A DNA stretch of 64,000 bases from contig CALWHF010000001.1 in assembly GCA_944380305.1 (NCBI GenBank), positions 75,600 through 139,599 of the forward strand, in the 5' to 3' direction. This stretch comes from an uncultured Christensenellaceae bacterium. Lineage in GTDB: Bacteria > Bacillota > Clostridia > Christensenellales > UBA3700. The notes beneath the pieces are model-generated. The model was given only the letters and a program-made list of their open reading frames with translations. It was not told the origin of the DNA and did not search any database. Shown here one piece after another: positions 30,615 through 38,695 of the stretch. Within the stretch, counting starts at the first letter, position 1. Each line of letters opens with the position of its first letter. The position numbers were made by a program, and so were the translations under genes.

Positions 30615-31394
30615 TTATCCGTTCATCCTCATTTTAGGGAAAAGAGTCAGAGTGTTTTCCACGGTGAGCTTTTCGAATTCTTGATAGTCCTTGCCGAGCA
30701 CGTCCGCGATATACTTTGCGGTATTCACGACGTATTTCGGCTCGTTGCGTTTGCCTCTGAAAGGCACGGGGGTCATATACGGGCAGTCTGTCTCGACTAT
30801 TATCCTGTCCCTCGGGACAGCGCGGATTATGTCGTCTTTTTTCGCGTTTTTGAAAGTCACCACCCCGCCGAAAGCGAAATAGCTGTCGAACGGCGCGAGT
30901 TCCCTGACGAATTCTTTGCTACCGCAGTAACAATGCATCAGCATTCCGTCCGTGACGTAATGTCTGTTCTGCTTCAGGATCGTCAGCAGATCGCCGTAAG
31001 CGTCCCTTATGTGCAGAGAGATCGGCAGTTTTGCCGCATGCGCGAGCTCGAGCTGAGCGGCAAACGTTTTTTTCTGTATCTCTCTTTCGGGAGTTTCGTA
31101 GTAATAGTCCAGCCCTATCTCGCCTATGCCCGCGACCTTCGGATGTTTCGCGACTCCGAGGTAATAATCTCTTTCGCGATCGCCGTATACAGCGGCAAAT
31201 TCGGGGTGCGTGCCGACCAGCGCGAACACGCCTTCGTTCTCCGTCGCAAGCTTTACAGCATCCTGCGAAGTCCCGTAATCGCAACCGACCTCGACTATCG
31301 CGAGCAAGCCGTCCTTCTTCATATCGGCTATTATGCGCGGAGCGTCCGCTTTCAGGCTCTCCTCGGTGATATGCGCGTGAGAATCGATTATCAT
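30615..31394 (-). CDS. tatD: TatD-family metal-dependent hydrolase
   Basis: The start MIIDSHAHITEE (ATG 31394) overlaps the metG stop (ATGA). The Arg-rich extension in the ORF track (to 31661) lies inside metG and is rejected. Confidence 0.85.
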   Translation of the reverse strand: MIIDSHAHITEESLKADAPRIIADMKKDGLLAIVEVGCDYGTSQDAVKLATENEGVFALVGTHPEFAAVYGDRERDYYLGVAKHPKVAGIGEIGLDYYYETPEREIQKKTFAAQLELAHAAKLPISLHIRDAYGDLLTILKQNRHYVTDGMLMHCYCGSKEFVRELAPFDSYFAFGGVVTFKNAKKDDIIRAVPRDRIIVETDCPYMTPVPFRGKRNEPKYVVNTAKYIADVLGKDYQEFEKLTVENTLTLFPKMRMNG

Positions 31395-33349
31395 CGTATC
31401 TCGCTGCCCGCCGCGATAGCGGATTCGGGCGCGACAAGTTTCAGATTGCCGTCCTTGTCCTCTGCGCAAAGCACCATGCCTTCGCTGAGTATCCCGCGCA
31501 GTTTGACGGGTTTCAGATTCGCGACGACGACGACGTTCTTGCCGACCATCTCCTCGGGAGTATACCACTTCGCAATGCCGCTGACTATCGTGCGCGGTCT
31601 CTCTTCGCCGAGATCTATCGTCGAACAAAGCAGTTTGTCCGCCTTTTCGACCTTGCGGCACTCGAGCACCTTTCCTACCTTGAGCTGCACCTTCGCGAAC
31701 TCGTCTATCGTTATTTCCGCGGGCGTGCTCTCCTCTTTCTTCTCTTCCTTTACGGGAGCGGCTTTTGCCGCGTTTCTCTCTTCGTACATCCTGTTTGCCT
31801 TTTCGGTGACTTCCTTGACGTCCAGTCTTTCGAAAAGCGTCTCGGGGTTTTCTGCCGTCTTCGTGCCGTTTTCGAGCAGTCCGAATTTATCGAGATCGGA
31901 AAATTCGCGGCATTTCGAGGAGCACTGAGCGAGCACCTTTTCCGCAAGAGTCGGCATAAAGCACGTCATCATCGACGAACCGATTATTATCGTCTCGGTC
32001 AGGTTGTACAGCACGGTCGCGAGCCTGTCTCTGTTGCTCTCGTCCTTTGCGAGTGCCCACGGCGCGGTCTCGTCGATATACTTGTTCGCGCGGCGGAAAA
32101 GATTCATCAGCTCTTCCGCGGCGTCAGCCACTCTGTATCCGTCCACTTTCGCTGCGATCTTCGCGTAAGCTCCCGTGACGATCGAGATCAGATCGTCGTC
32201 TACGCTCTCTTTCACACCCTTGTTTTCGACTACTCCGCCGAAATATTTGTTGTTCATCGCAAGCGTGCGCTTGACCAAATTACCGTACACGTTCGCGAGC
32301 TCGCTGTTGACCGTCTCGCATACCGCTTCCCACGACACCTGTCCGTCGTTGTCGTACGGCATCTGCGCCAGCAGGAAGTATCTTACGGGATCGACGCCGA
32401 ACACGCTCGCAAGATCGTCGGCATATATCACGTTGCCTTTGGATTTACTCATCTTGCCGCCGTCCTGCAACAGCCACGGATGACCGTATATCTGTTTGGG
32501 GAGCGGCTCTCCGAGAGCCATAAGGAATATCGGCCAGTATATAGTATGGAAACGCACGATGTCCTTGCCTATGACGTGCACGTCGGCAGGCCAGTATTTC
32601 TTATAATCCGCCGCGCTGTTGCCGTCCGCATCGTAGCCGAGACCCGTGATGTAGTTCGTCAGCGCATCCAGCCAGACGTATACGACGTGGCGAGGATCGC
32701 TCTTGACGGGTATGCCCCAGCTGAACGAAGTGCGGCTTATGCAAAGATCCTGGAGACCCGGCTTCAGGAAGTTGTTGACCATCTCGTTTTTGCGGGATAC
32801 GGGCATGATGAATTCTGGATGCTCGTCGTAATACTTCATCAGTCTGTCGGCATACTTGCTCATCCTGAAGAAATATGCCTCTTCCTTGGCGAGTTTGACT
32901 TCTCTGCCGCAGTCGGGACACTTGCCGTCCACAAGCTGACTTTCGGTCCAGAATGATTCGCAAGGGGTGCAATACCAACCCGTGTATTCGCCTTTGTATA
33001 TATCGCCCTGAGCGAGAAGACGCTCGAATATCTTCTGCACCTGCTTCTCGTGGTAATCGTCGGTTGTGCGGATGAATTTGTCATAGCTCGAATCCATCAG
33101 ATCCCAGATACGTTTGATCTCTGCGGCGGTCTTGTCGACGTAAGCCTTTGGCGTCGTACCTGCCGCCTCCGCCTTCTGCTGAATTTTCTCGCCATGCTCG
33201 TCGGTACCCGTCTGCAAACGGACGTCGTATCCCTGTTTGCGCTTGAAACGCGCGAGAAAATCCGCGAGCACTATCTCGTAGGTATTGCCTATATGCGGCT
33301 TAGCCGAAGTATATGCTATCGCGGTCGTGATGTAGTACTTTTCTTTCAT
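31391..33349 (-). CDS. metG: Methionine--tRNA ligase with C-terminal tRNA-binding domain
   Basis: HIGN motif (KPHIGNTYE) and KMSKS motif (GGKMSKSKGN). The C-terminal EMAP/Trbp111-like domain contains KVQLKVGKVLECRKV. Confidence 0.95.
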   Translation of the reverse strand: MKEKYYITTAIAYTSAKPHIGNTYEIVLADFLARFKRKQGYDVRLQTGTDEHGEKIQQKAEAAGTTPKAYVDKTAAEIKRIWDLMDSSYDKFIRTTDDYHEKQVQKIFERLLAQGDIYKGEYTGWYCTPCESFWTESQLVDGKCPDCGREVKLAKEEAYFFRMSKYADRLMKYYDEHPEFIMPVSRKNEMVNNFLKPGLQDLCISRTSFSWGIPVKSDPRHVVYVWLDALTNYITGLGYDADGNSAADYKKYWPADVHVIGKDIVRFHTIYWPIFLMALGEPLPKQIYGHPWLLQDGGKMSKSKGNVIYADDLASVFGVDPVRYFLLAQMPYDNDGQVSWEAVCETVNSELANVYGNLVKRTLAMNNKYFGGVVENKGVKESVDDDLISIVTGAYAKIAAKVDGYRVADAAEELMNLFRRANKYIDETAPWALAKDESNRDRLATVLYNLTETIIIGSSMMTCFMPTLAEKVLAQCSSKCREFSDLDKFGLLENGTKTAENPETLFERLDVKEVTEKANRMYEERNAAKAAPVKEEKKEESTPAEITIDEFAKVQLKVGKVLECRKVEKADKLLCSTIDLGEERPRTIVSGIAKWYTPEEMVGKNVVVVANLKPVKLRGILSEGMVLCAEDKDGNLKLVAPESAIAAGSEIR

Positions 33350-33522
33350 TGCGCACCTCTTTTATTTTATCCTTTCCATTATAGCGCGGTAAATATAAAA
33401 AGTAAAACGAAATTCGCCTTCGCCCGCAAATATATGCGCCGCCGACATCGTCACGTCGTATGTCTTCGGTTTTTTCGCGAATATCGGCGGGAAAAGTCAA
33501 ATAAAATCTAAACGGGACTAAT

Positions 33523-34137
33523 ATGAATACGATGTTTTTTATCATGACCGTATCCTCTCTGATACTGGTCACAATAGTATCTCCCGACAGCGCGTTTTCG
33601 ATTATGATCAGCGGCGCGAGCGCAGCGATCTCTCTCGCCGTCAGGCTGTGCGCCATATATGCTATATGGCTGTCCGTACTCGACATAATGCAGAAGATCG
33701 GCATGAACCGCGCGCTCGACAAGCTGTTTTCTCCCGTAACCAAGCGGCTGTTCAAAGGCGAAAGCGAAGAGACCAGACAGTATATCACGCTGAACTTTTC
33801 GGCAAACCTGCTGGGTATGGGGAGCGCGGCGACTCCTCTCGGGATAAAGGCCATGGAATGTATGCAGGACGGCTCTGAAAAGGCTACCGACAACATGATA
33901 CTCTTCATGGTCATAAACGCAACCAGCATACAGCTGTTGCCCGCGACGATCATCGGTCTCAGGGCACAGTACGGCTCTTCGAGCGCGTCGGACATAATCC
34001 TGCCTTCCCTGATCGCGACGCTCATTTCGACGGTCTGCGGAGTTATACTTGCAAAAGCTTTTTCTGCGGGCAGCAAATCAAAGAAAAAGGAAGAGCCTAA
34101 TCTCCCCGAACCGCTTAAAGGAGCTGCTTTCAAGTGA
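33523..34137 (+). CDS. spmA: Spore maturation protein A (nucleoside-recognition Gate domain membrane protein)
   Basis: 204-aa membrane protein paired with an overlapping spmB-like gene. The SpmA-like motif is AIWLSVLDIMQKIGM. Confidence 0.7.
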   Translation: MNTMFFIMTVSSLILVTIVSPDSAFSIMISGASAAISLAVRLCAIYAIWLSVLDIMQKIGMNRALDKLFSPVTKRLFKGESEETRQYITLNFSANLLGMGSAATPLGIKAMECMQDGSEKATDNMILFMVINATSIQLLPATIIGLRAQYGSSSASDIILPSLIATLISTVCGVILAKAFSAGSKSKKKEEPNLPEPLKGAAFK

Positions 34138-34640
34138 GCAAATATATCCTGCCCGTGTTTATTATCGTCGTTTTAATAATCGGCAGCATAAAGCGTGTCG
34201 GGGTATACGACAGCTTTGTCGAAGGCAGCCGTCAAAGCGTAAAACTGGTGCTCGAAATATTTCCGTACATCTGTGCGGTGCTGATTGCCGTGGAGCTGTT
34301 TTCTCTGAGCGGACTCAACGCTTATTTCAGCCGTTTCCTCGCGCCTCTTTTCAACCTGCTGGGCATTCCCGAAGAGCTTTGCGAACTTGTCGTGATACGC
34401 CCGCTTTCGGGCAACGGCTCGATAGCGATACTCGAAAACATATACAAGACATACGGCGCGGACAGCTACGTCGCACGCTGCGGATCAGTCATTGTCGGCG
34501 CAAGCGAAACGGTATTCTATATCGCGACCGTCTACTTCTCAACGACAAAGGTCAGAAAGCTCAGATACGCGATCCCTATCTCGCTGTTTTCCTGCTATCT
34601 CGGAGCGGTCGTCGCCTGCCTTTTATGCAGATTTATATGA
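34134..34640 (+). CDS. spmB: Spore maturation protein B
   Basis: 168-aa membrane protein that overlaps the spmA stop by 4 nt. The motif IRPLSGNGS is typical of SpmB. Confidence 0.7.
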   Translation: MSKYILPVFIIVVLIIGSIKRVGVYDSFVEGSRQSVKLVLEIFPYICAVLIAVELFSLSGLNAYFSRFLAPLFNLLGIPEELCELVVIRPLSGNGSIAILENIYKTYGADSYVARCGSVIVGASETVFYIATVYFSTTKVRKLRYAIPISLFSCYLGAVVACLLCRFI

Positions 34641-34685
34641 AAAAAGACGGCTTTCGCCGCCTTGTTTATCGTATGCGTTTTCGCT

Positions 34686-35609
34686 TCACGGTCTTTTGCG
34701 CTTTACCGCCCGAGCCACCGCTATGCCCAACCATACCGCTACGGTCAACGCTATAAATACCGCAAAGACGACCGCCTGCATATCTGCGTCTATCGGCTTG
34801 CCGAAAAAGTCGAGCGTCATCGAAAAAGATTTTTTCAATCCTTCTTCCGCACCAGGAAGTGCCGCGTTTATCTTTTCGAGCGCGCCGCGCATGAACAGAT
34901 TGCGGTACAAAGCGGCTGAATATGTGCTCGGCACGAAAAGCGTGACGTACTGCACCCCTTTGGGAAATATCGAGATCGGCATGAACGCACCCATCAGAAA
35001 TCCTATCACCGCGCTTATTATGCCGACGAACGCGCTGTGCTGACTGCTCGTCTTCATCGCACCGCAAAGCAACATTGATATTACGCTCGCAGAAAGCGCG
35101 GACATGACGGTAAGCGCGATCAGACGGACGACGTCTGCAAAAGTCAGTGTCCAACCGCCTATTGCGATATAGACGAATGCCACCGCGAGCACAACCGTGC
35201 ATATACAAATCGTCACTACGAAATTCGAAAGAAGATAGCCTACGTCCACGAGCGAACGCGGAACGGGAGACGCAAGCATATCGCCGAGCACGCCTTTTTC
35301 TTTGTCCTGTATCATTATGCCCTGCGCGGAGAACGAGACGGTCACGCAAGCGACCGAAACCACGCCCGCGAGCATCCACGAATCCACAAAGTTTTTGAGC
35401 AGCTTTTCGTCGATCGGCATACCTTCGAATGCCGACCTGACCGAATCCATCTGAATGTCGCTTAAAAACAGAACGTAAAGCGCAAGCACGATAAGAGGCG
35501 CGAGCAAAGAAAAGAATACCCCCGCTTTGTCTTTGAGAAATATCTTCAGGCTTCTTTCGACCAGTCTCGAGAGAGTGACCGCGCCGTCTTTGATCTTTTG
35601 CGTCTTCAT
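34686..35609 (-). CDS. ABC-2 type transporter permease
   Basis: 307 aa with 6 TM helices. It lies immediately downstream of, and overlaps, the ATPase gene. Confidence 0.75.
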   Translation of the reverse strand: MKTQKIKDGAVTLSRLVERSLKIFLKDKAGVFFSLLAPLIVLALYVLFLSDIQMDSVRSAFEGMPIDEKLLKNFVDSWMLAGVVSVACVTVSFSAQGIMIQDKEKGVLGDMLASPVPRSLVDVGYLLSNFVVTICICTVVLAVAFVYIAIGGWTLTFADVVRLIALTVMSALSASVISMLLCGAMKTSSQHSAFVGIISAVIGFLMGAFMPISIFPKGVQYVTLFVPSTYSAALYRNLFMRGALEKINAALPGAEEGLKKSFSMTLDFFGKPIDADMQAVVFAVFIALTVAVWLGIAVARAVKRKRP

Positions 35610-36529
35610 TGTTCTCCTCCCGTCAGTTTTTTTCCCGTCACGTTGAGGAAAACGTCGTCCATGTCTCCCTTTACGAATTCGAAATCGCAGATAATATCGC
35701 CGTGGTGCATAAGCAGTTTTTTCGCCTCGTCGCCGTTTTCGACAAATACGTTGTAAGCGTTGTTGTCGTAGCGGAAAGCGTATCCTTCAAAAGCCTCGTC
35801 AGCCTCTTTGGATCTCTCGCGATAGACCACGAGCCTGTCTTTTGAATATTCGTTTTTAAGAGAAATCGGAGTGCCGCTCGCGGCAATCTTTCCCGAGTCG
35901 AGTATCACCACTTTGTCCGCTCCTCTCGCCTCTTCCATATAATGCGTAGTAAGAAAAACGGTCATTCCCGAATCCGCGCGCAGTTTCTCAATGACTTCCC
36001 AGACCGTCTTTCTCGTCTGTGGATCGAGTCCCGTGGTCGGCTCGTCGAGTATGAGTATCTCGGGAGAATTGACAAGCCCTCTCGCAACGTCCACTCTCCG
36101 TCTCTGCCCTCCCGAAAGTTTCCCGTACGGTCTCTTGTACAAATCTTTCAGAGAAAGCAAAGCGTCCAGCTCGGAGAGTCTTTCTTTCCACTCCACGCCG
36201 TAAATCCCGTACAGACTCGCTCTTATCGAAAGATTGTCGTATACACTCAACGTTTCGTCGAGGATAGAATTCTGAAATACCACGCCCGTCTTATTCCTTA
36301 TCCCGACGGGATCTTTATCGAGATCAATGCCTGATACGAAAACTTTTCCCGAATCCTTCTTGAGCAACGTGCAGATAATATTGATGGTCGTGCTCTTGCC
36401 CGCCCCGTTGAGACCGAGAAAAGCGAACAGACTGCCTTTATCCACGTCGAAGGAAAGATCGTCTACGGCTTTTATTTCTCCAAAACTCTTTTTCAGATTT
36501 TCAATGCGGATGATTTTTTCCATTGTCAT
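35606..36529 (-). CDS. ABC transporter ATP-binding protein (DrrA-like)
   Basis: Walker A GLNGAGKST, signature LSGGQRRRV and Walker B ILILDEPT. Confidence 0.9.
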   Translation of the reverse strand: MTMEKIIRIENLKKSFGEIKAVDDLSFDVDKGSLFAFLGLNGAGKSTTINIICTLLKKDSGKVFVSGIDLDKDPVGIRNKTGVVFQNSILDETLSVYDNLSIRASLYGIYGVEWKERLSELDALLSLKDLYKRPYGKLSGGQRRRVDVARGLVNSPEILILDEPTTGLDPQTRKTVWEVIEKLRADSGMTVFLTTHYMEEARGADKVVILDSGKIAASGTPISLKNEYSKDRLVVYRERSKEADEAFEGYAFRYDNNAYNVFVENGDEAKKLLMHHGDIICDFEFVKGDMDDVFLNVTGKKLTGGEQ

Positions 36530-37335
36530 ACGAATTTTTTGTAGACTTCGTCTTTAGGAAGTCCGTTTAATTTCGCGACCTGCTTTATCGCGTCCTTTTT
36601 CGAAAGACCTTCGGCAATAAGCGCGTTAACCTGATCTTCGATACTGCCCGTCGGCATTTCTTTTTCTTCAAATTCGGGAGCGTGCACTATGACGACGTAT
36701 TCTCCCCTCGGCTCTTCTGCCTCGTATTCTCCGAGCACGCCTTCTTCTACGCTCTCGTACAGCTTTGTCAGCTCCCTTATCACGCTGACCTTGCGAGCAC
36801 CGAAAGCCTCGGAAAACTCCTTCAGTTCGCCCTTCAGATCGTGCGGGGAACAATAGAATACGAGCGACGCTTTGAGCTTTGAGTACCTTGAGAGAAGTTC
36901 TTTCCTCTCCTTCTTCCTGGACGGCAAAAAACCTATAAATACAAACACGGGTTCAGTAATTCCGCTGAGCGCAACGGCTGTCGTGACCGCCGTTGGACCG
37001 GGCACGGATACGACCTGAAAGCCCAGTTCTCTCGCCTCTTTTACGAGTAAACTTCCCGGGTCAGAGATACACGGCATTCCCGCGTCGGTGACGAGAGCGA
37101 CGTCATTGCCTTCGGAAAGCGCGGCGAGTATCCTTTCAGCCCCTTCTCTTTCCTTAGGCTTGTAGTAGCTGACAAGCGGCTTTTTTATTTCGTAATGCGT
37201 CAGAAGCCCGAGGGTATGTCTCGTGTCCTCGCACGCTATCATATCGACAGCCTTAAGCGTTTCCAGAGCGCGCAAAGTAATGTCTTTGAGGTTGCCTATC
37301 GGCGTACCCACGATATACAGTTTTCCCTTTTCCAT
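36526..37335 (-). CDS. rsmI: 16S rRNA (cytidine1402-2'-O)-methyltransferase
   Basis: LYIVGTPIGNLKDITLRALETLKAVDMIACEDTRHT is the RsmI signature. Confidence 0.9.
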   Translation of the reverse strand: MEKGKLYIVGTPIGNLKDITLRALETLKAVDMIACEDTRHTLGLLTHYEIKKPLVSYYKPKEREGAERILAALSEGNDVALVTDAGMPCISDPGSLLVKEARELGFQVVSVPGPTAVTTAVALSGITEPVFVFIGFLPSRKKERKELLSRYSKLKASLVFYCSPHDLKGELKEFSEAFGARKVSVIRELTKLYESVEEGVLGEYEAEEPRGEYVVIVHAPEFEEKEMPTGSIEDQVNALIAEGLSKKDAIKQVAKLNGLPKDEVYKKFV

Positions 37336-37336
37336 T

Positions 37337-38074
37337 TTACTCCTTTGCGTACAGTTTTTTCGCGTCTTCCGTCATCGTGCCGTCGTCGTTATACACGACG
37401 AGCGTGTCGAGTTTCATGCCCGCAGCTCCGTTCTTTCTCGCCTCGGCTATAAAAACGTCCGCCGCCTTGTTCTCCTTTGGGTAGACGAGAGTCACATTCT
37501 TTACCTCGAGAGAACACGCCTGCATATAACCGATAGTCTCAGCCATTCTCTCTACCTTGTGCACTATATACAGCGCGCCGCCCCATCTCAGGATCTTCGA
37601 CGCACTCTCCACTATGCCCTTGAGATCGCAGCTGCTCTCGTGACGAGACAGGGCTATCTCCTCCCTCTCTCTGGTCGCTCCGCTGCCTTTCTTAAAATAC
37701 GGAGGATTGCAAACGACGACGCTCGCGCTTTCTTTCCCAAGCAGTTTGTCTGCATCCGCGATGTCGCCTTCCACGACCTCTATTTTGTCGGACAAACGAT
37801 TGTATTCAACATTCTTTTTCGCAAGCTCGCACATTACCTTCTGCTTTTCGAGCGCGAAGATCTTTGCTGCATTTGTCTTTGCCGCGATAAGTACGGCGAT
37901 TATTCCGCTCCCCGTCCCGAAGTCGACGACGTCGCCTTTTTTGACTTTGGTTAGATTTGCAAGAAGTACGGCGTCGGAGGTAAAACAGTACAACGACGGA
38001 TATTGCCACAGCATGAGACCTTCATACTGAAGATCGTCGAGCCTGAGTTTCAGCGTATCGAAAGCGGTTTCCAT
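37337..38074 (-). CDS. N6-adenine methyltransferase, tRNA1(Val) m6A37 (YfiC/TrmN6)-like
   Basis: SAM motif VVDFGTGSGIIAV and catalytic NPPY (VVCNPPYF). The start is chosen at METAFD (ATG 38074). The track ORF extends to 38170. Confidence 0.7.
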   Translation of the reverse strand: METAFDTLKLRLDDLQYEGLMLWQYPSLYCFTSDAVLLANLTKVKKGDVVDFGTGSGIIAVLIAAKTNAAKIFALEKQKVMCELAKKNVEYNRLSDKIEVVEGDIADADKLLGKESASVVVCNPPYFKKGSGATREREEIALSRHESSCDLKGIVESASKILRWGGALYIVHKVERMAETIGYMQACSLEVKNVTLVYPKENKAADVFIAEARKNGAAGMKLDTLVVYNDDGTMTEDAKKLYAKE

Positions 38075-38194
38075 ACGATCATTATACCATTGCCGCCGCC
38101 GATTGTCAAAGATATTTTTTCTCAAAAATATTTGACAAAACCGAATATACAAACTATAATGATTAAGCAATCGGATATATCCGAAAGCGAGAAT

Positions 38195-38271
<77 letters not shown>

Positions 38272-38277
38272 TCTGAC

Positions 38278-38309
38278 AGAGGACGCAAGGTTTTGCGCCC
38301 TCTTTTTTT
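38278..38309 (+). terminator. Rho-independent terminator after tRNA-Arg
   Basis: AGAGGACGCAA / TTGCGCCCTCT stem (one mismatch) followed by T7. Confidence 0.7.
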
Positions 38310-38432
38310 GGGCACCATAAGGAGCACCGAAATCATGACGCTCGCTTTGCTCGCTATTCCGTCGCACCTTTCAGGTGCTCCTTACGAACTCCAAATAGGA
38401 TATAATGCGTCCTCTTTCAGATGACGCATAAA

Positions 38433-38473
38433 TAAGGAGTCCAAGAATCCCTCATGAAAAGCGTTAGCATTCA
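38433..38473 (+). repeat. 41-nt direct repeat, copy 1
   Basis: TAAGGAGTCCAAGAATCCCTCATGAAAAGCGTTAGCATTCA. It shares a 24-nt exact core (GAATCCCTCATGAAAAGCGTTAGC) with copy 2. This copy is part of a GAATCCCTCATGAA...TTCATAGGGATTC hairpin. Confidence 0.8.
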
Positions 38474-38570
38474 TAGGGATTCGGCGGTGCTTGCACCGCT
38501 TTCGCGACTTGCAATAATCTGCAACCTGCGCACAGAGTTTATAAGCGAATACTCCGTTCATGCGCCAACC

Positions 38571-38603
38571 AAAAAGCACGCAGAAAAATCTGCGTGTTTT
38601 TTT
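38571..38603. terminator. Bidirectional hairpin terminator (likely serves the GH43 gene)
   Basis: CACGCAG-aaaaat-CTGCGTG stem with an A5 run before and a T7 run after. Confidence 0.6.
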
Positions 38604-38619
38604 GTGTTGTCTGCACACT

Positions 38620-38660
38620 TAAGGAGTTCTTGAATCCCTCATGAAAAGCGTTAGCGTTCA
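38620..38660 (+). repeat. 41-nt direct repeat, copy 2
   Basis: TAAGGAGTTCTTGAATCCCTCATGAAAAGCGTTAGCGTTCA, with 4 mismatches to copy 1. The right hairpin arm is absent here. Confidence 0.8.
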
Positions 38661-38695
38661 ATTCGCGGCTTTGCGTCAGCTATCTATGCCGCAGG

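Noticed and set aside
31395-31661. N-terminal extension of the TatD ORF (and likewise 9555-9707 for nanA, 18691-18774 for purF)
   Set aside because: The extensions overlap upstream genes or lack an RBS. Conserved N-termini (MIIDSHAH, MIDKNKF, MARKLNEECG) start at internal ATGs with good Shine-Dalgarno sequences.
33300-34133. 277-aa minus-strand ORF opposite spmA
   Set aside because: It is antisense to a membrane-protein gene with a proper RBS and an overlapping partner (spmB). It is a shadow ORF.
38433-38660. AAGGAG...ATG inside each 41-nt repeat could start small ORFs (58 and ~35 codons); also the 78-aa minus-strand ORF at 38382-38618
   Set aside because: The SD-to-ATG spacing is 14 nt, which is too long. 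The two ORFs diverge immediately after the repeat, and one runs antisense into the GH43 gene. The 78-aa ORF is basic, Cys/Arg-rich and has no RBS.
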